NCBI GenBank assembly: GCA_043228905.1
Contig: JBHGNT010000015.1
Location: 2,170,001 to 2,234,000, forward strand
DNA: 64,000 nt
Source: Azolla caroliniana
Taxonomy: Eukaryota; Plantae; Polypodiophyta
Direction of reading: 5' to 3'
In this document: piece after piece, positions 24,801-37,474 of the stretch
Position numbering within the stretch: position 1 is the first letter of the stretch
Layout: each line of letters begins with the position of its first letter
Translations under genes and position numbers: made by a program
Notes under the pieces: model-generated
Told to the model about the DNA's origin: nothing
The model's database searches: none
What the model saw: only the letters and a program-made list of their open reading frames with translations

Positions 24801-26784
24801 TGATTCTCCAATGTCCAGAGTTTTGGCTCCGATGCCGATCTTGCCAGACTCATTCCGAACCTTTGATCACCTTCCTTTCCAATTCCCGACCTTCGCCTGG
24901 TCGATCTTTCTCCCCATGTAAAAGAGGGCAGCTCGTCCCGCACCCTCTCCCGTATCGGCACCTTCATGCCGATTCTGGCCCCGATCGAACAATCCACGAC
25001 CGGATCACGCTCCACCCGTACCGGAGCGTCGCGCGGTTCGGTCCCCGGTCAGGTCGTTCCTTAGTCTCCTCGTCGCCCCTTTCGCTGGCCATCTCCCATC
25101 CATCTTCGCTAGCATCGTGCCAGGACTCCTCGATACTACCTTCCATCTCCTCGGTCTTACATGGGCATACGGCCCCGAATGCCGAGTTTTCCGGAATTGG
25201 GTCAGTGGGCTTTCGTCCGCTCCTTCCCCGTATCGTCTCGCCGGTGATTCTTGGTCTTTCGCCGCCGCCTTCCTCCGCTTGGGACTCACGTGGGCACTCG
25301 GGCCCGACTGCCATCGTCTCGGGAGCAAGTGTGGGAAGACACAAAGAATCGCCCGTCCGTTTCACGCTCTTGTCCGTAGCCATCGACTCTTCGTGGTCGG
25401 CGGTCGTCTTCTTACCGATCGTGCAAACCCCGCCTGGGCTTGTTTCTCCGATTCCCGGGGTTTCGGGCTGACACGCCCGAAACCACTGGTCCCAATTATC
25501 CGGTTCCGCGATCTGTATCTCGGCCTCGTCCTTGGCCGTTCTATCTCCGCAAGACGAGAGGGCGTTTTGTTTCGCACCCTCTCCCGTGGTACCGTGGTAC
25601 CGATCTTCTGCCGTCGCGTGGGGCAAGTCCGTCTCCTCAGTCTCGGCTTGCAGCCTTGATCTTTCCTCTTCCTCGAGCATCGCCTCGAGAGTTGCGTACG
25701 CCTCCGCAAACCTGGCCCCAACGCCGACCCTTGCCGGCTCTCTTTGTCGTTCGGCCTCTTCCCGCTGTGATGGCATGTCGTCGCGCGCCTTCCTCTTAGC
25801 CTTCTCGGCTCGCTCATTGTCTAGCCGTAGGCACACCCTTCCGACCTTCGACCAGTCCTCCGTAAGCCCATTCGCTCCGTCATCATCTTCGAGCTCAATC
25901 CCGATGGCCTCCCATTCCGCTCGGTCGATCGACCTGACGAACAATAGGACTTTGTCCGTCCCCACCAAACCTTGTTCCCGCTCCAGGAGCCGAGCAAGCC
26001 GTCGCTCGAACTCTCGGAACGCCTTCGTCGCACCCCGGTGGGTCTTTGCCAATGCTACCCACTGGTCGAAGTCGTGTCGTCCCCGGCTCTTCCGCCGTCC
26101 TCCGTATACCTTCAGGAGCGCCTCTTCAAAGGCCTCCCACGAACTATGAGCCCCACGGAGCTCCTTTACTTCCGCATGCATCCGGACAGCTACGACCCGA
26201 CAGAAGAACTCCAGCCTCAACGCCTCGTCTACGCCACGCTCCTCCATTTCAGCGTTGTAGGCTTCCAAGTAAGATGGGACTTTGTCCCCGTTGAAACGGC
26301 CGACTCTTTCGACCACTCGCTCAACCGCTTGTTGCGCTGCTTTTCGCCTCATCACCACTCGTGCCGACTCCAACACCACTTCGGCCACCATCTCCGCAAG
26401 GTCGTCGTCTTCCAACTCCATCCTCCCTTGCCGCCTTTCACGTCGGGTTCACCAAAGATATCGCATTTTTACGCGCGTGCGTGGAGAAAGGCGGGACCAC
26501 GGGGGTCTTGGACTAGGGAGTGACGGAGCATAGGAAGTCGTGCTTCACCATTTCCGGGGATCCCAGAAGAACGCCGGAAGCGACCGAAGGGAGAGAGAGA
26601 AAGAGAGGGAGCGCGCGCTTAACACCAACTCACGCACACACATGCACACACACCCACATGCCGACCCGCCTCACGCCCTTATGTACAGGAAACGCAGGAA
26701 AGGGGAAGCACCCGACACCAACAGAGACGCGAATATACACAAACAGACGCAAATGTATATATATAAAAGGAAGAATACATTCCC
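21888..26784 (-). mobile_element. Non-autonomous gag-only LTR element N1 (5' LTR truncated)
   Basis: 3' LTR 21888-22652, PPT next to it, tRNA-Trp PBS at 26438-26454, partial 5' LTR 26459-26784; no pol motifs inside; closely similar to N2. Confidence 0.9.
24964..26421 (-). CDS. Gag-like protein of N1 (485 aa): family-A-type capsid region plus an acidic low-complexity tail, no zinc knuckle
   Basis: Open ORF starting 17 nt after the PBS; VGRFNGDKVPSYLEAY, WEAFEEALL, VLLFVRSID and GLTEDW align with the A1 gag. Confidence 0.8.
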   Translation of the reverse strand: MELEDDDLAEMVAEVVLESARVVMRRKAAQQAVERVVERVGRFNGDKVPSYLEAYNAEMEERGVDEALRLEFFCRVVAVRMHAEVKELRGAHSSWEAFEEALLKVYGGRRKSRGRHDFDQWVALAKTHRGATKAFREFERRLARLLEREQGLVGTDKVLLFVRSIDRAEWEAIGIELEDDDGANGLTEDWSKVGRVCLRLDNERAEKAKRKARDDMPSQREEAERQREPARVGVGARFAEAYATLEAMLEEEERSRLQAETEETDLPHATAEDRYHGTTGEGAKQNALSSCGDRTAKDEAEIQIAEPDNWDQWFRACQPETPGIGETSPGGVCTIGKKTTADHEESMATDKSVKRTGDSLCLPTLAPETMAVGPECPRESQAEEGGGERPRITGETIRGRSGRKPTDPIPENSAFGAVCPCKTEEMEGSIEESWHDASEDGWEMASERGDEETKERPDRGPNRATLRYGWSVIRSWIVRSGPESA

Positions 26785-29700
26785 ATTCGTTGGCATAGGT
26801 CACATTCCTTAGCATACTTGACGGCGTCTTTTAACGTCGTGGGCCACCATAAGCCGCTCTGCCATACTTTTCTTGCCGTCGCTTCCCCGGCATAGTGTCC
26901 TCCGGCAACCCCACTGTGTGCTTCCCGTAAGATTACTTGTTTCTCGTCACTACGGACTGCCCGTCTCCATATTCCATCTGCTCCCTTGTGGTAGAGAGTT
27001 TCCCGTAACAGACAGAAATTGCGGCTCTGCACCGCCAGTCGTTTCCTCTCGTCCCGGTTCATTTCCTCCGGTGGCAGGCCCGTGCTTAGGAACTGGTGCA
27101 TGTTTGTCAGCCACCTATCTTCTGATACCACCGTGTCGTCCGCTGCCGTTTCCGGGGTGATACGGAATAACTCTGCGTCCGGGAATTCATCCGCTACTTC
27201 GTCGCCTGATTCTCCGGACTCTAACCGGCTCAGATAGTCTGCTACGGCATGCTGGATACCGGGCCGGTGGAAAATTTCGAATTCGAACTCCTGCAACAGC
27301 AAGGTCCAACGGGCCAACTTACCGGTCAGGGACGCCTTGGACACTAAGTACAGGAGCGCCGAGTGATCCACATGAAAGGAGAACTTCCTTCCCAATAGGT
27401 AATGACGAAACTTTGTTACACTGTAGATCATGCCCAGGGCCTCCCGTTCCGTCGTTGAATAGTTCTTCTCCGCTTGGGACAGCTTCCGGCTGGCGTAATA
27501 TACCGGCCGGTACCATTTAGGCTCCGTAAGTTGCATTAAGGCGCTGCCGATAGCGATGTCGGAAGCGTCCACGAATACATGAAATTCCTTGCTCCAATCC
27601 GGAGGCTGGACGACGGGTGCTTGCGACAAAAGAACCTTCAGGGCATTGTATGCCTTATCCTCCGTATCCGTCCATTGGAACGGTGTCCGATGTACCGCGG
27701 TGTGTAATGGTGTAGCCAAGTCAGCCAAGTGACGGAGCATCCGGCTGTGCCACCGGATCTGTCCTAAGAATCGGCTTAGTGCTTTGGCCGTTTTCGGCGC
27801 CGGTGCCCCTAGTATCGCATTTACTTTGTCCGGGTCGACCGCAATGCCCTCCTTACTTACAATGTGTCCCAGTAATATTCCACTTGAAACCCCAAAGATG
27901 CATTTTGCTGGGTTTAAGCTTAGCCGGTATAACCTACACTTTTCAAGGCAAAACCGTAGGTTCTGCAAATGGTCTTTTCCCCGGCTATAGACTGCAAAAT
28001 CATCCAGGAACACCTGCATGAAGGCAGGAATGTATTCGCCGAAGATCTCCATGATGATTCGCTGGAAAGTTGCTGGTGCCGTTTTTAGGCCGAACATCAT
28101 TACTTCGGCCACAAACACTCCCCATTCGGTGACGAACGTTGTCTTCTCCTGGTCGTCAGGGTGCATCCGGATTTGATTGTAACCGTTGAACCCGTCTAGA
28201 AAGCTATAAACTTCATGGCCGGCGACGGCATCCAGTACTCCATCCGTGAACGGAAGAGGGAATGCATCCGTAATTGTGGCTGCATTTAATTTCCTGTAAT
28301 CTACACACACGCGGATTTTACCGTTCTTCTTTGGGACGACGACGATGGGGCTCAGCCACGTCGCTTTCTTTACCGGCCGGATGAAGCCCACTCTTAGGAG
28401 TTTGTCGATTTCCTCCTTCACTTTGGCGGCGTAGTTGGGGTTCATTCGGTAACGTCGTTGCGCCACTGGTTTCGCGTCCTTGCCTAAGTGGATCTGATGC
28501 TGATATAATTGAGGGTCCAGCCCTCGCATGTCCTCGTATGACCAGGCGAATACGTCGCGAAACTCCGTGAGAAGTTTGATCATCGCCGCTTTATCTTCCG
28601 GCTTCATTTCTTTGGCGATGTGAACCGGCTTTGATTCGTCCTTGCTTCCTAGATTCACTTCGTCGAGCTGGGATGTTTTTACCCGTTGGGAAACGGCCAT
28701 TTCCCGTTCCAACGGTTCCTGTGCTTGCCGTAATTCCCGAATCGCATCTTTGTCTGGTTCGGCTTCGGTTTCGTCCCGCTGCGGCAAGTATGGCGCTACG
28801 GCTTCAGCCACGTCAATCTCGAAGAGTGGTACGATCTTCGGGTGTTCCTCCAAGTACTGGGCTTCTTCGTCGTCTGCCAACCCTTCAAGCATGTTCACGC
28901 ATTCCGCATATAGCGGTGTGCATTCCTTACCGTTGCTCGTCCGTGGTTGTGTCGGAACCCGGACCTTGGCTTTTCCGCGCCAGAAGGTAATCATATTTTT
29001 CCGCCAATTTTGCTTGATGTGTGTTGTTTTCAACCATGGTCTGCCCAGCAACAATGGGTACGCGCCTTGCGCCTGTAGCTGCAACACTACAGCCGAGATG
29101 TGAAATGTGTGGCCTCCTATGGTGACTTCCAATTTCCGTATTAAGCCCGTCGGCCATACAGAGCTCGTATCCGCCATCCGTAGCCAGAACGGACATGGCT
29201 CCCATTCATGTATACCCAAGGCATTACACGTGTGGAGGCTTATTACGTTCACCCCGGAACCTCCATCGATTACTGTGCCGGGAAGTTCGTGCCCTTTGAC
29301 AATAGCTGTAATCACCGGACTACTAGTGTCCACCACCGTCGGTCCCTCCTCCGGGTTCGAGAAGAGGACTGATGCCGGTGGGGCTATACCGTCTGTCATG
29401 CCCGTTTTTAGTCCTTCCGTAAATCGCGGCACGAGCTGCAAGAGTCGTCCTAACGGCAACGTGATCTGACATTCTTGCAGTGCTTGCCATGTCTCGTTTT
29501 CTGGGTGGCTACCGTCGGCACTCCCTATGGTATTCGCCTTTTGCCGTTCCGCGTCCGCGACGTTCCTTTCATTGGCTTCCTTCACCCATTCCGTCGCCTG
29601 TTTTCGTATGGCCTCTTGTGTTTCCCATTCTTTGGCCATGCCTTTCGACCGTGTGGTTACTTGCTATATATCCGCCACTTCCGGAACCACCATATTAACT

Positions 29701-31574
29701 GCTGGTCGTTTCTCGTAGCTCTTTACCGGGCACTGGTTACTGTAGTGGCCTTCCTGCCTGCAGTAGTAGCAGTACTCTTTACGGGTATTGCTGGATTCAG
29801 CATTGCTGGTAGCCGGAGTCGGTCCCGTAGTGAGTGGTGCGTTCTGTGCCGGTTGGCTCCTTGGGGTTCCATGTTCCGGGTCCCTAGGGTGACCACCTTT
29901 CTTGAAATTCCGTTTCTTATTATTCTTATTTTTATTTCGGTAGTCCGGTCGTGGTGGATCGTAAAATCGGCCGTAGTCCTCCTGGTGCCTTCGGTAACCA
30001 GGGGAATGGTCTCTGTCGTATTGCTCGTGTCGTCTGTTGGACTCCCGATAGCGGTCCGATCGCTCATACCGGTCGTAGTTATCATGCCGATTCCCGTACC
30101 GGCCATCATTCTCTTGTCTGTCTCCGTACCGGACATCCTGTGCCGGTCGGTACCGGTTCATTTTTTGCCAACGATCTTCATCTTCGTCTCGGCTGCTTCT
30201 TGGCTCGATCCGTCGGACGGGTGGTGCTTGTCGGTTTAACAGGTTATACTCGCACCGGTCTGTTGTATGACTCTTGGATTGACAAATCACACACTGGGTT
30301 CACATGGTGCACTCCACTGCCGAGTGTCCGGCATTCAAGCAGATTGTGCATTGAATTGCCTGCCGGAACCGGAGATCTTCCTCGGTGGGTAACGCCCGTT
30401 GCAGTGTTCCCAGTGTAAGCCATGAGCTTGACTTTTCCATTTCTCTGACCCGGTCAATGACCTGGTCAATGGTGCTTCCTCGAAAGTCGATTACCGTACA
30501 CACCGTGCGTAACAGCTCCCGAAGTGCGTTTAAAAATATCGTCCGTAATTCCTCCTCCGGGGGTGCACGGGCAAGCTGGCTATGCATTCGTTGGAAACGG
30601 ATGACGAATTGGGGAATGCTTTCCCCTGCCTCCTGTCGGATCGTATAAAACAGGCCCACCATTGTCGTCTGGTCGACCTCCTTGTGGAAAAAATGCAAGA
30701 ATTTTGCTTTTAATTCTGCAAAGGTTGTGATGGTCGACGGGTCCTGCGTCCGCCGCCATCGTGTCGCTGGTCCTTCCAACGTGACCCCGAATTCCGCTAT
30801 CTTCGAGCGTTCTTCTTCCTCCGGTGTCATTCGCTGGGACGTGTGATTTGCTTCCCATGTCTGCTCGAAGGCATGAACATCCGCTTCCGCGTCCGGATCA
30901 TCGCGATACTTTGAGTATTGGAACGGCATGTCGTCGTCCAGTATTAGGCCGCGGTTTAGTGGCGTTTGTTGATATCTTTCCGGTTTTCTCTGCGGTTCCA
31001 CTTCCGGTTCTTTTGCCGGTGCTTTTTCCGGTTCCTTTTCCGGTTCTTCTTCCGGTTCCTTCACCGGCTCTTCTTCCGGTACCTTTGCCGGCTCTTTCGT
31101 TGGTGTCGGTGGCTTTGCTTCTTCCACATCCGGTGTTGGTGGGTTGACGGCTTCCGTTTGCGGTTCCGGATAGCCCTGGTCGAGCGGTTCCGGTTCTGGA
31201 GTCGGCACGGTATCCGACCCGTCGTCCTCCGGGCCGCTGGGGGTATCGTTGCTGCTCCGGTAGTTCGTGTGCACGCTGTATCCCCCTTCGGAATCCGATT
31301 CGTAGGCTGAAAAGGCTTCTGCCTCGTTTTCTCCGCTTGCCAGCGCCTCCAGGAGGCGTTCGGTTTCCCGGAGACTACTTAGACTGCTTCCGTCGTCCTG
31401 GTCGCGAGTTTGCCGTAACCGGAGAGATTCCTCCGCGACTCTCCGGATCTCGTTGGAGAACGAACGATCCGAGCGAATTTCGTGCGCTGCTTGCTGGAAA
31501 GTCTCACGCCGTCTTTGCCGTTCGGCGAGGCGTCGAGCTCGGTCTGTAACCAAGTCGTGCGTTGGTCTAGTCAT
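26785..31574 (-). pseudogene. Single-frame gag-pol of B2 with two nonsense changes, truncated after the integrase zinc finger
   Basis: ORFs 30300..31574, 29664..30290 and 26679..29639 share one frame (TGA probably from CGA, TAG from CAG); VIDGGSGVN, RVCVDYRKLN, VFLDDF, VFVDASDIAIG, HSGVAGGH..CDLCQR. Confidence 0.9.
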
Positions 31575-32044
31575 CCATTACCGTCGTTCGCTGCGAGAAA
31601 GCAGGAATCGTGGTCGCCAAAACTGTGGTATTCGCTAGCCGGACAAGGCCTAACACAAGGTGTCACGGAGACACTTCACCAAAGGGTGATTACAGCATAG
31701 GATTAAGATTCAACGATTACACCGACTTACGTAGGTTACACGATTAGAATGCTTTGGTTAATTACACGCGTAAGATATAACAGTAATTACAGAACGGAAA
31801 TCAACACAGAAGTATAAACACCATATGCTCTATTAATTATCCGCTGCCATTACAATGGGGTCCGGGCCTTTAAATAGGTTTCCGGCCCGTAGTACAAAAC
31901 GGTGCCTATCGCACCTATTCGGGATCCGTCCGGATCTGGAACGGCATACCGTTTCCAGTCCGTCCGTCCACACTATGCTCATTTACAACCATATTTAATT
32001 AATTCCTTCACTCCGTATTTTGGACTCCTTCCCGGCCGGTAACA
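26785..32044 (-). mobile_element. Gypsy family B copy B2 (non-chromovirus-like), 3' part deleted
   Basis: 5' LTR 31624-32044 (TG..CA), PBS TGGCGACCAC at 31610-31619 (tRNA-Arg-like), and gag-PR-RT-RH-INT N-terminus in one frame. Confidence 0.88.
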
Positions 32045-33188
32045 AAGACTTTACGCTGCCGATTTCCTCTGAGTCGACGCCGGTGATGACTAAATCATCA
32101 ACATAAAGTAAAAGTCTTATCGGTCCATTCCGACCTTGCCGGATGAAGAGTGAAGAGCCCGACTTGGATTTAGCAAACCCCATCCGACGCAGGCACTACG
32201 TGATCTTCATGCTCTAGGCACGCGAAGTTTTCTTTAATTGGCATACTACTGAAGACTTAGTATTCAATCCGGACTGGAATCCAAGTGGCTTGCCGCTTTA
32301 CCGGTCCATTCTAACCTTGCCGTATGAAGAGTGAAGAGCCCGATTTGGATTTAGCAGACCCCATCCGACGCAGGCGCTATGTGATCTTTGTGCTCCAAGC
32401 ACGCGAAGCTTGCTTTAATCAGCATACTACCGAAGTATTCAATCTGGACTGGAATCCGAGTGGCTACACCATGTATACTTGTTCCTTAAGTTCTCCTTCC
32501 AGGAACACGTTCTTCACATCCATCTAGTGCAAATGCCAACACTTCACACTGGCAACCGCAAAGACACGGACGATCGTCATCTTCGCAACCGCCGTGAACG
32601 TCTCATCGTCGTCGATGTCGTGTTGTTGTGCATGCAACATAGCCCTTGGCCACTAACCGGGCCTTGTAACGGTTGACGGAGCCGTTGGCCTTGTACTTGA
32701 TCTTGTACACCCACCTGCATCCAATCGGCGTCATGTCCTTGGGGACGTCAACCAGGTCCCAAGTCTCATTCTCCGTTAGCACTCGCACGACCGAGTCCTC
32801 ACCACTCATCAGCTTATTATCCTATTGGTCATTCCAACTCAGTCTTTCATTCGGCCCAGTTAGCCGGAATGAAATCGGAGTCTCCTCTAGAGTATCGATA
32901 TCTTCTTCTTCTTCCCAAATCATTTCGGGCTCACTGGCCTCATCCTTAGTGATCAAGTGGTCGGAATTGTTGGGGGTCAGAGTTGGAGTCGGAGTCAGTA
33001 GGGAGTACCATGATGCTGACTCATCGAATTCGACATCGCGGCTTACTCGAACTTCTTTTCTCCGGGGGTTATAGCACTTATACCCCTTTTGCTCATGTGA
33101 GTAGCCGATTAATATGCACTTCTCCAACTTCAAGTCCAACTTCTTTCGCTTCTCATCCGGCACATGCACATAAGTAATGTTGTCGAAT
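32045..33188 (-). pseudogene. Decayed Copia integrase-RT fragment with a ~170-bp tandem duplication (32121-32290 / 32302-32465)
   Basis: YVHVPDEKRKKLD..KCILIGY, ENETWDLV..RYKARLVAKGY, LLLYVDDLVITG. Confidence 0.85.
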
Positions 33189-36100
33189 ACCCTTGCACAT
33201 GAGGTGTATATATACCTCATTGAGGATATCGTTGTATTTTGATGCTTATTAATATAGAGAAAGGTCTTTAGCTACACTCTTGTTAATCATCCCCCATTTA
33301 TATTATTGTTCATAAGGGTATCTTCCTCTCTCTCTTCCTCTCACACCCATACACACACAAGTCACATAATCTTCCACTACTTTATCAATACTCACATCAT
33401 TAAACCCTAATTTGTTGGGAATATATCCCTCAAGTGGGAGGAAGAACCGATTGATCGGAAAGCCATTAGTCGATGACAGGGAAGATCCGACTGTTCAGAA
33501 AGTCGACACTCGAAGAGTCGAAAACAATGAGTCGACTGTTTGAAGATTCGACTATTATTATTATAGTAAAGAGTGAAGGGGGATTTTGTTGGGAATATAT
33601 CCCTCAAGTGGGAGGAAGAACCGATTGATCGGAAAGCCATTAGTCGATGACAGGGAAGATCCGACTGTTCAGAAAGTCAACACTCGAAGAGTCGAAAACA
33701 GTGAGTCGATTGTTTGAAGATTCGACTATTATTATTATAGTAATAATAATAATGATGATGTGTGGAAACAAGTCCCTCCATATGGGAAAGAGAGAGGAGC
33801 CGAGTTAATGAGTGACTCGGCCGAGGCCGAAACCGGAATCGTGTAAATAGCCAACTCGGGTGACTATACTTGTAAATAGTCTAAGTGTGCGCCCCATGAG
33901 GTCTACGTATGTAAATAGCCAGAAAGTTGTGTAAGTATATATAACTAGGGAAAACTTTATGTATGTGCAAAACTGTGTAAGTGCAGAAGTTGTAAAAACA
34001 CAAGAGATCATGAGAGAGAGAAGTGTGAGCCGCGCCATAGCTGTGTGTGTATAGCAAACGCGAAGAGCCCTGTGCGGCTGATACACTCGACAGAGTGTTG
34101 TATTCCTCTCGGTGTTGTATAGCCACTTTGTATAGTGAAGAAATCTGTTTACCCGTGGTTTTCCCCGTTTTAGGGTTTCCACGTAAATCTCTGTGCACCA
34201 TTGTTCATCTTGTCTTTTCTTTGGCATATTTCTGTGATTCGTATTTCAGTAGTGTCTGTTCATTGTGATTTATACTCCGCAATGATTTCTCATCATAATT
34301 AATCCTAGTTAATTGCCTAATTATTAACATGGTATCAAAGCGTGTGGTTTAGTACATCCACTAAGCCCACCCAACTCTTCGTGATTGTGTGTTCAAGACG
34401 CTGATGACAAATCCGGTTATCTACTACTGTAGTGCCTCTACGTAGCACGTTTACAAAACCAAAAAGAAGGCACTACATCAACATGAACACACAAATGGGT
34501 AGCTCGCCCCCTATTTAAAAGTTAGATCAGAGCAATTTTTTATCTTGGGAGTACCAGATGAACCAATACCTAGCCGGCCAAGGGTATTGGAGCTACATCA
34601 ACGGTGCACTTGAAAACAAACCTGACATCACAAACACCAACTACCCAACATGAGAGCAAGAAGCAAATCGGGTAATGTATTGCTTGGCAACATGTGTCCA
34701 CGATCACATGCTTAGCCACATTTGAGATGCCAAGATGCCTAAAGAAGCGTGGAAAACTTGAAGAAAACCTTCACCACCAACACGACCGCCCACAACCTTC
34801 AACAATAAGACGGAAGCCATTGAGGAACCTTCAGAAGAAGGGGGAGCTTCCATGTAGAACAAGGTCGGCAAACGAGGCCTACTACTTCCAACTATTGCGG
34901 CCAAATCGGCCACGGCGAAGAGGAGTGCCGAAAGAAGAGAAGTGAGCCAGCTTCGACAAGCCGACAACTCACAAATTACGCCACCAACTCCGAATACGAC
35001 GACTATGGTGGGCTATTCGTAATGAGACATAGAGCGAACTCTATGATGGCCTCCAACTCGGAACACATGTGTTTCGTCGACTCCAGCGCCTCACATCATA
35101 TGATGTCACACCAAGAGTGGTTTTGTGACCTAAGAACGCCAATTCAACTCGGTTACATAGAGACGGGAGATGACATCGCACATCCCATTCGGCACATCGG
35201 CGACATTCCATTCGGCAACGACAGCCAAAAAAATTGCATCAAGAATGTCTTGCATGTGCCTACAATAACAAAGAATTTGGTCTCAATAGGCCAAATCGTG
35301 GAGCAAGGAATGCAAGTTCGTTTCAACAATGAAGGATGCTTTATAGAAAAGATGGCTGACTCATAGCTAAGGGACGAAGAAAGGGCTTAATGTTCATCCT
35401 CAATTCAAATGAGGTGAAATCATCCATGTATGCGAAAGGTCTCAAAACCGAGACAAACATCAAGTTGTGGCAGAAGAGAATCAGCCACATGAACCTCCAA
35501 CGACTTCAAGCAATGCAATCAAAGGGAGTCGTCATCAGACTTCCGGCCTTCGAGTCGAAACAAGTCAACCGAGTGTGCAAAGCATGTCAACTCGGCAAAC
35601 AACACCGACTTCCCTTTCCAAAGGAGAGCAATGTAAGCAAAGGCCTCCTCGACGTCATACATTCGGATGTATGGGGACCAGCTCAAACGTTGACCATTGG
35701 AGGATGTTGATACTATGTCACCTTCATTGACGACTACTCCCGCTAGACGTGGATCTTCCCGATGAAAAAGAAGAGTGAATTGCTCTCCCACTTTCAAAAG
35801 CTCAAGAGCCAAGTCAAAAAATAAATCGGTCGGCACATTCGATGCCTTAGATCGGATGGAGAGGAATACTTCTCCGATGAATTCGTCTCCTACCTCCAAG
35901 GTGAAGACATGCAGAGAGAATTCTCATGTCCACACACACCCCAACAAAATGGAGTAGCTGAAAGGAAGAATCAACACATACTCGAGGTAGCACACGCCAT
36001 GATGCATGAGAAGCACATACGAACTTCTATTGGGCCAAAGCGGCATTCATAGTCGTCTATCTCATGAATCGGTGCACCACTAATGGAGTACATGAGCTAA

Positions 36101-37430
36101 CTCCATACGAGATCCTTGTTGGAAGGAAGTTGATCCTGTCCCACCTCAAGGTGTTTGGAAGCATTGTGAATGTTCACATCTCGAACGAAAACCGACAGAA
36201 GCTTGACGCGAAGTCGGATAAATGTATCCTCATAAGATACTCTTCCAAGAAAAAGGCATACAAGTGCTACAACCATTCAATCCGAGCAGTTCGGGTGAGT
36301 CGAGATGTAGTCTTTGACGAATCAGCATCTTGGTATAAGCTTGATTCAACACCAACTGGCCCAACTGAGCAAGAGTTGGACATCAATACGGATGACAACA
36401 TTCAGCCAAGTCCTTTACCAAACGACAATCCAAGGTCTACCGAACCAAGTGAACCACACGAGTCCACAGGCGACCAAAGCGCGTCGCAGCCAAGTCCAAA
36501 ATCGGACAAAGGCAAAGGTAAGATGCCCGAATACAAAGTCGACCACCCCGATGACAGTGATTCGGATGTGTCGGATCGCTCACTAGACAACGAGTTTAGG
36601 GTACCCATTATGCGTACACCCGGAATAAAGAAGGTGCTCACATCGGCAAGCGAAAAACTTCGACGCTCATCTAGAGAGAAGAATATCATCACTTGGCTCG
36701 GCGACAATGAGTATATGGCCCATCATTATATCTTCGCAATGAAGGTAGCAGCTGAACAAGAGCCCGAGTCCTCTACAAAAGTAGCTTGTTACCCACGATG
36801 GGTAGAAGCAATCGGTCTTCACCTATTTCACACTACAAGCCTTCGTCACCAACTTGAGGGGGAGGAACTGAAACTACCTTGGAAAGGCTGAAGAAAACCG
36901 AAGGTCGAACGGAAGTGGACAAAGCCGAAAGCCAAACCAGACTACTTCAGCTTGAGGGGACGTGTTGAGATTTCAAGCTCAACTTAGTTTAGCCATTTAG
37001 TCAACCACGTAACTTAGTAGTTACCTAGATAGAATCTAGTCAGTGTGTTGACCTTTAAACCCTTAAATAGGATCTTGTACTTGCACGTAAGTGGGGATAC
37101 ATTCTAGATCCTCCACTACCAAGTTCATTTAATATAGGACTTACACAATTGTACCTATATTGTCCTCACACATGTGCACCCTTGCACATGAGGTGTATAT
37201 ATACCTCATTGAGGATATCGTTGTATTTTGATGCTTATTAATATAGAGAAAGGTCTTTAGCTACACTCTTGTTAATCATCCCCCATTTATATTATTGTTC
37301 ATAAGGGTATCTTCCTCTCTCACTTCCTCTCACACACATACACACACAAATCACATAATCTTTCGCTACTTTATCAATACTCACATAATTAGACCCTAAT
37401 TAACCCTAGTTAATTACCTAATTATTAACA
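33189..37430 (+). mobile_element. Decayed Copia element C4 (5' LTR truncated and interrupted; RT/RNase H deleted)
   Basis: 5' LTR pieces 33189-33412 and 34301-34329 match the 3' LTR 36963-37430; PBS TGGTATCAAAGC at 34330-34341; FVDSSASHH, HSDVWGPAQ and KLDAKSDKC remnants. Confidence 0.85.
33413..34295 (+). mobile_element. Collapsed LTR element (partial 5' LTR + PPT + full 3' LTR) with 5-bp TSD TAATT
   Basis: TGTTGGG...CATCA; TSD at 33408-33412 and 34296-34300; 33413-33567 is repeated from 33587, with GAGTGAAGGGGGATT in between. Confidence 0.85.
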
Positions 37431-37474
37431 TTGTTGAATTCCCTACTGTTGCAGATAACTATTGAACTCGACGG

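Noticed and set aside
22470-24921. Many 100-270 aa ORFs in the N1/N2 interior as a possible extra gene or env
   Set aside because: The sequence is GC-rich and repetitive, frames are not preserved between N1 and N2, and no recognisable domain is present.
29660-30302. Stop-codon readthrough in B2 gag-pol
   Set aside because: The stops are explained by C>T changes; B1 has Arg at the position of the first stop.
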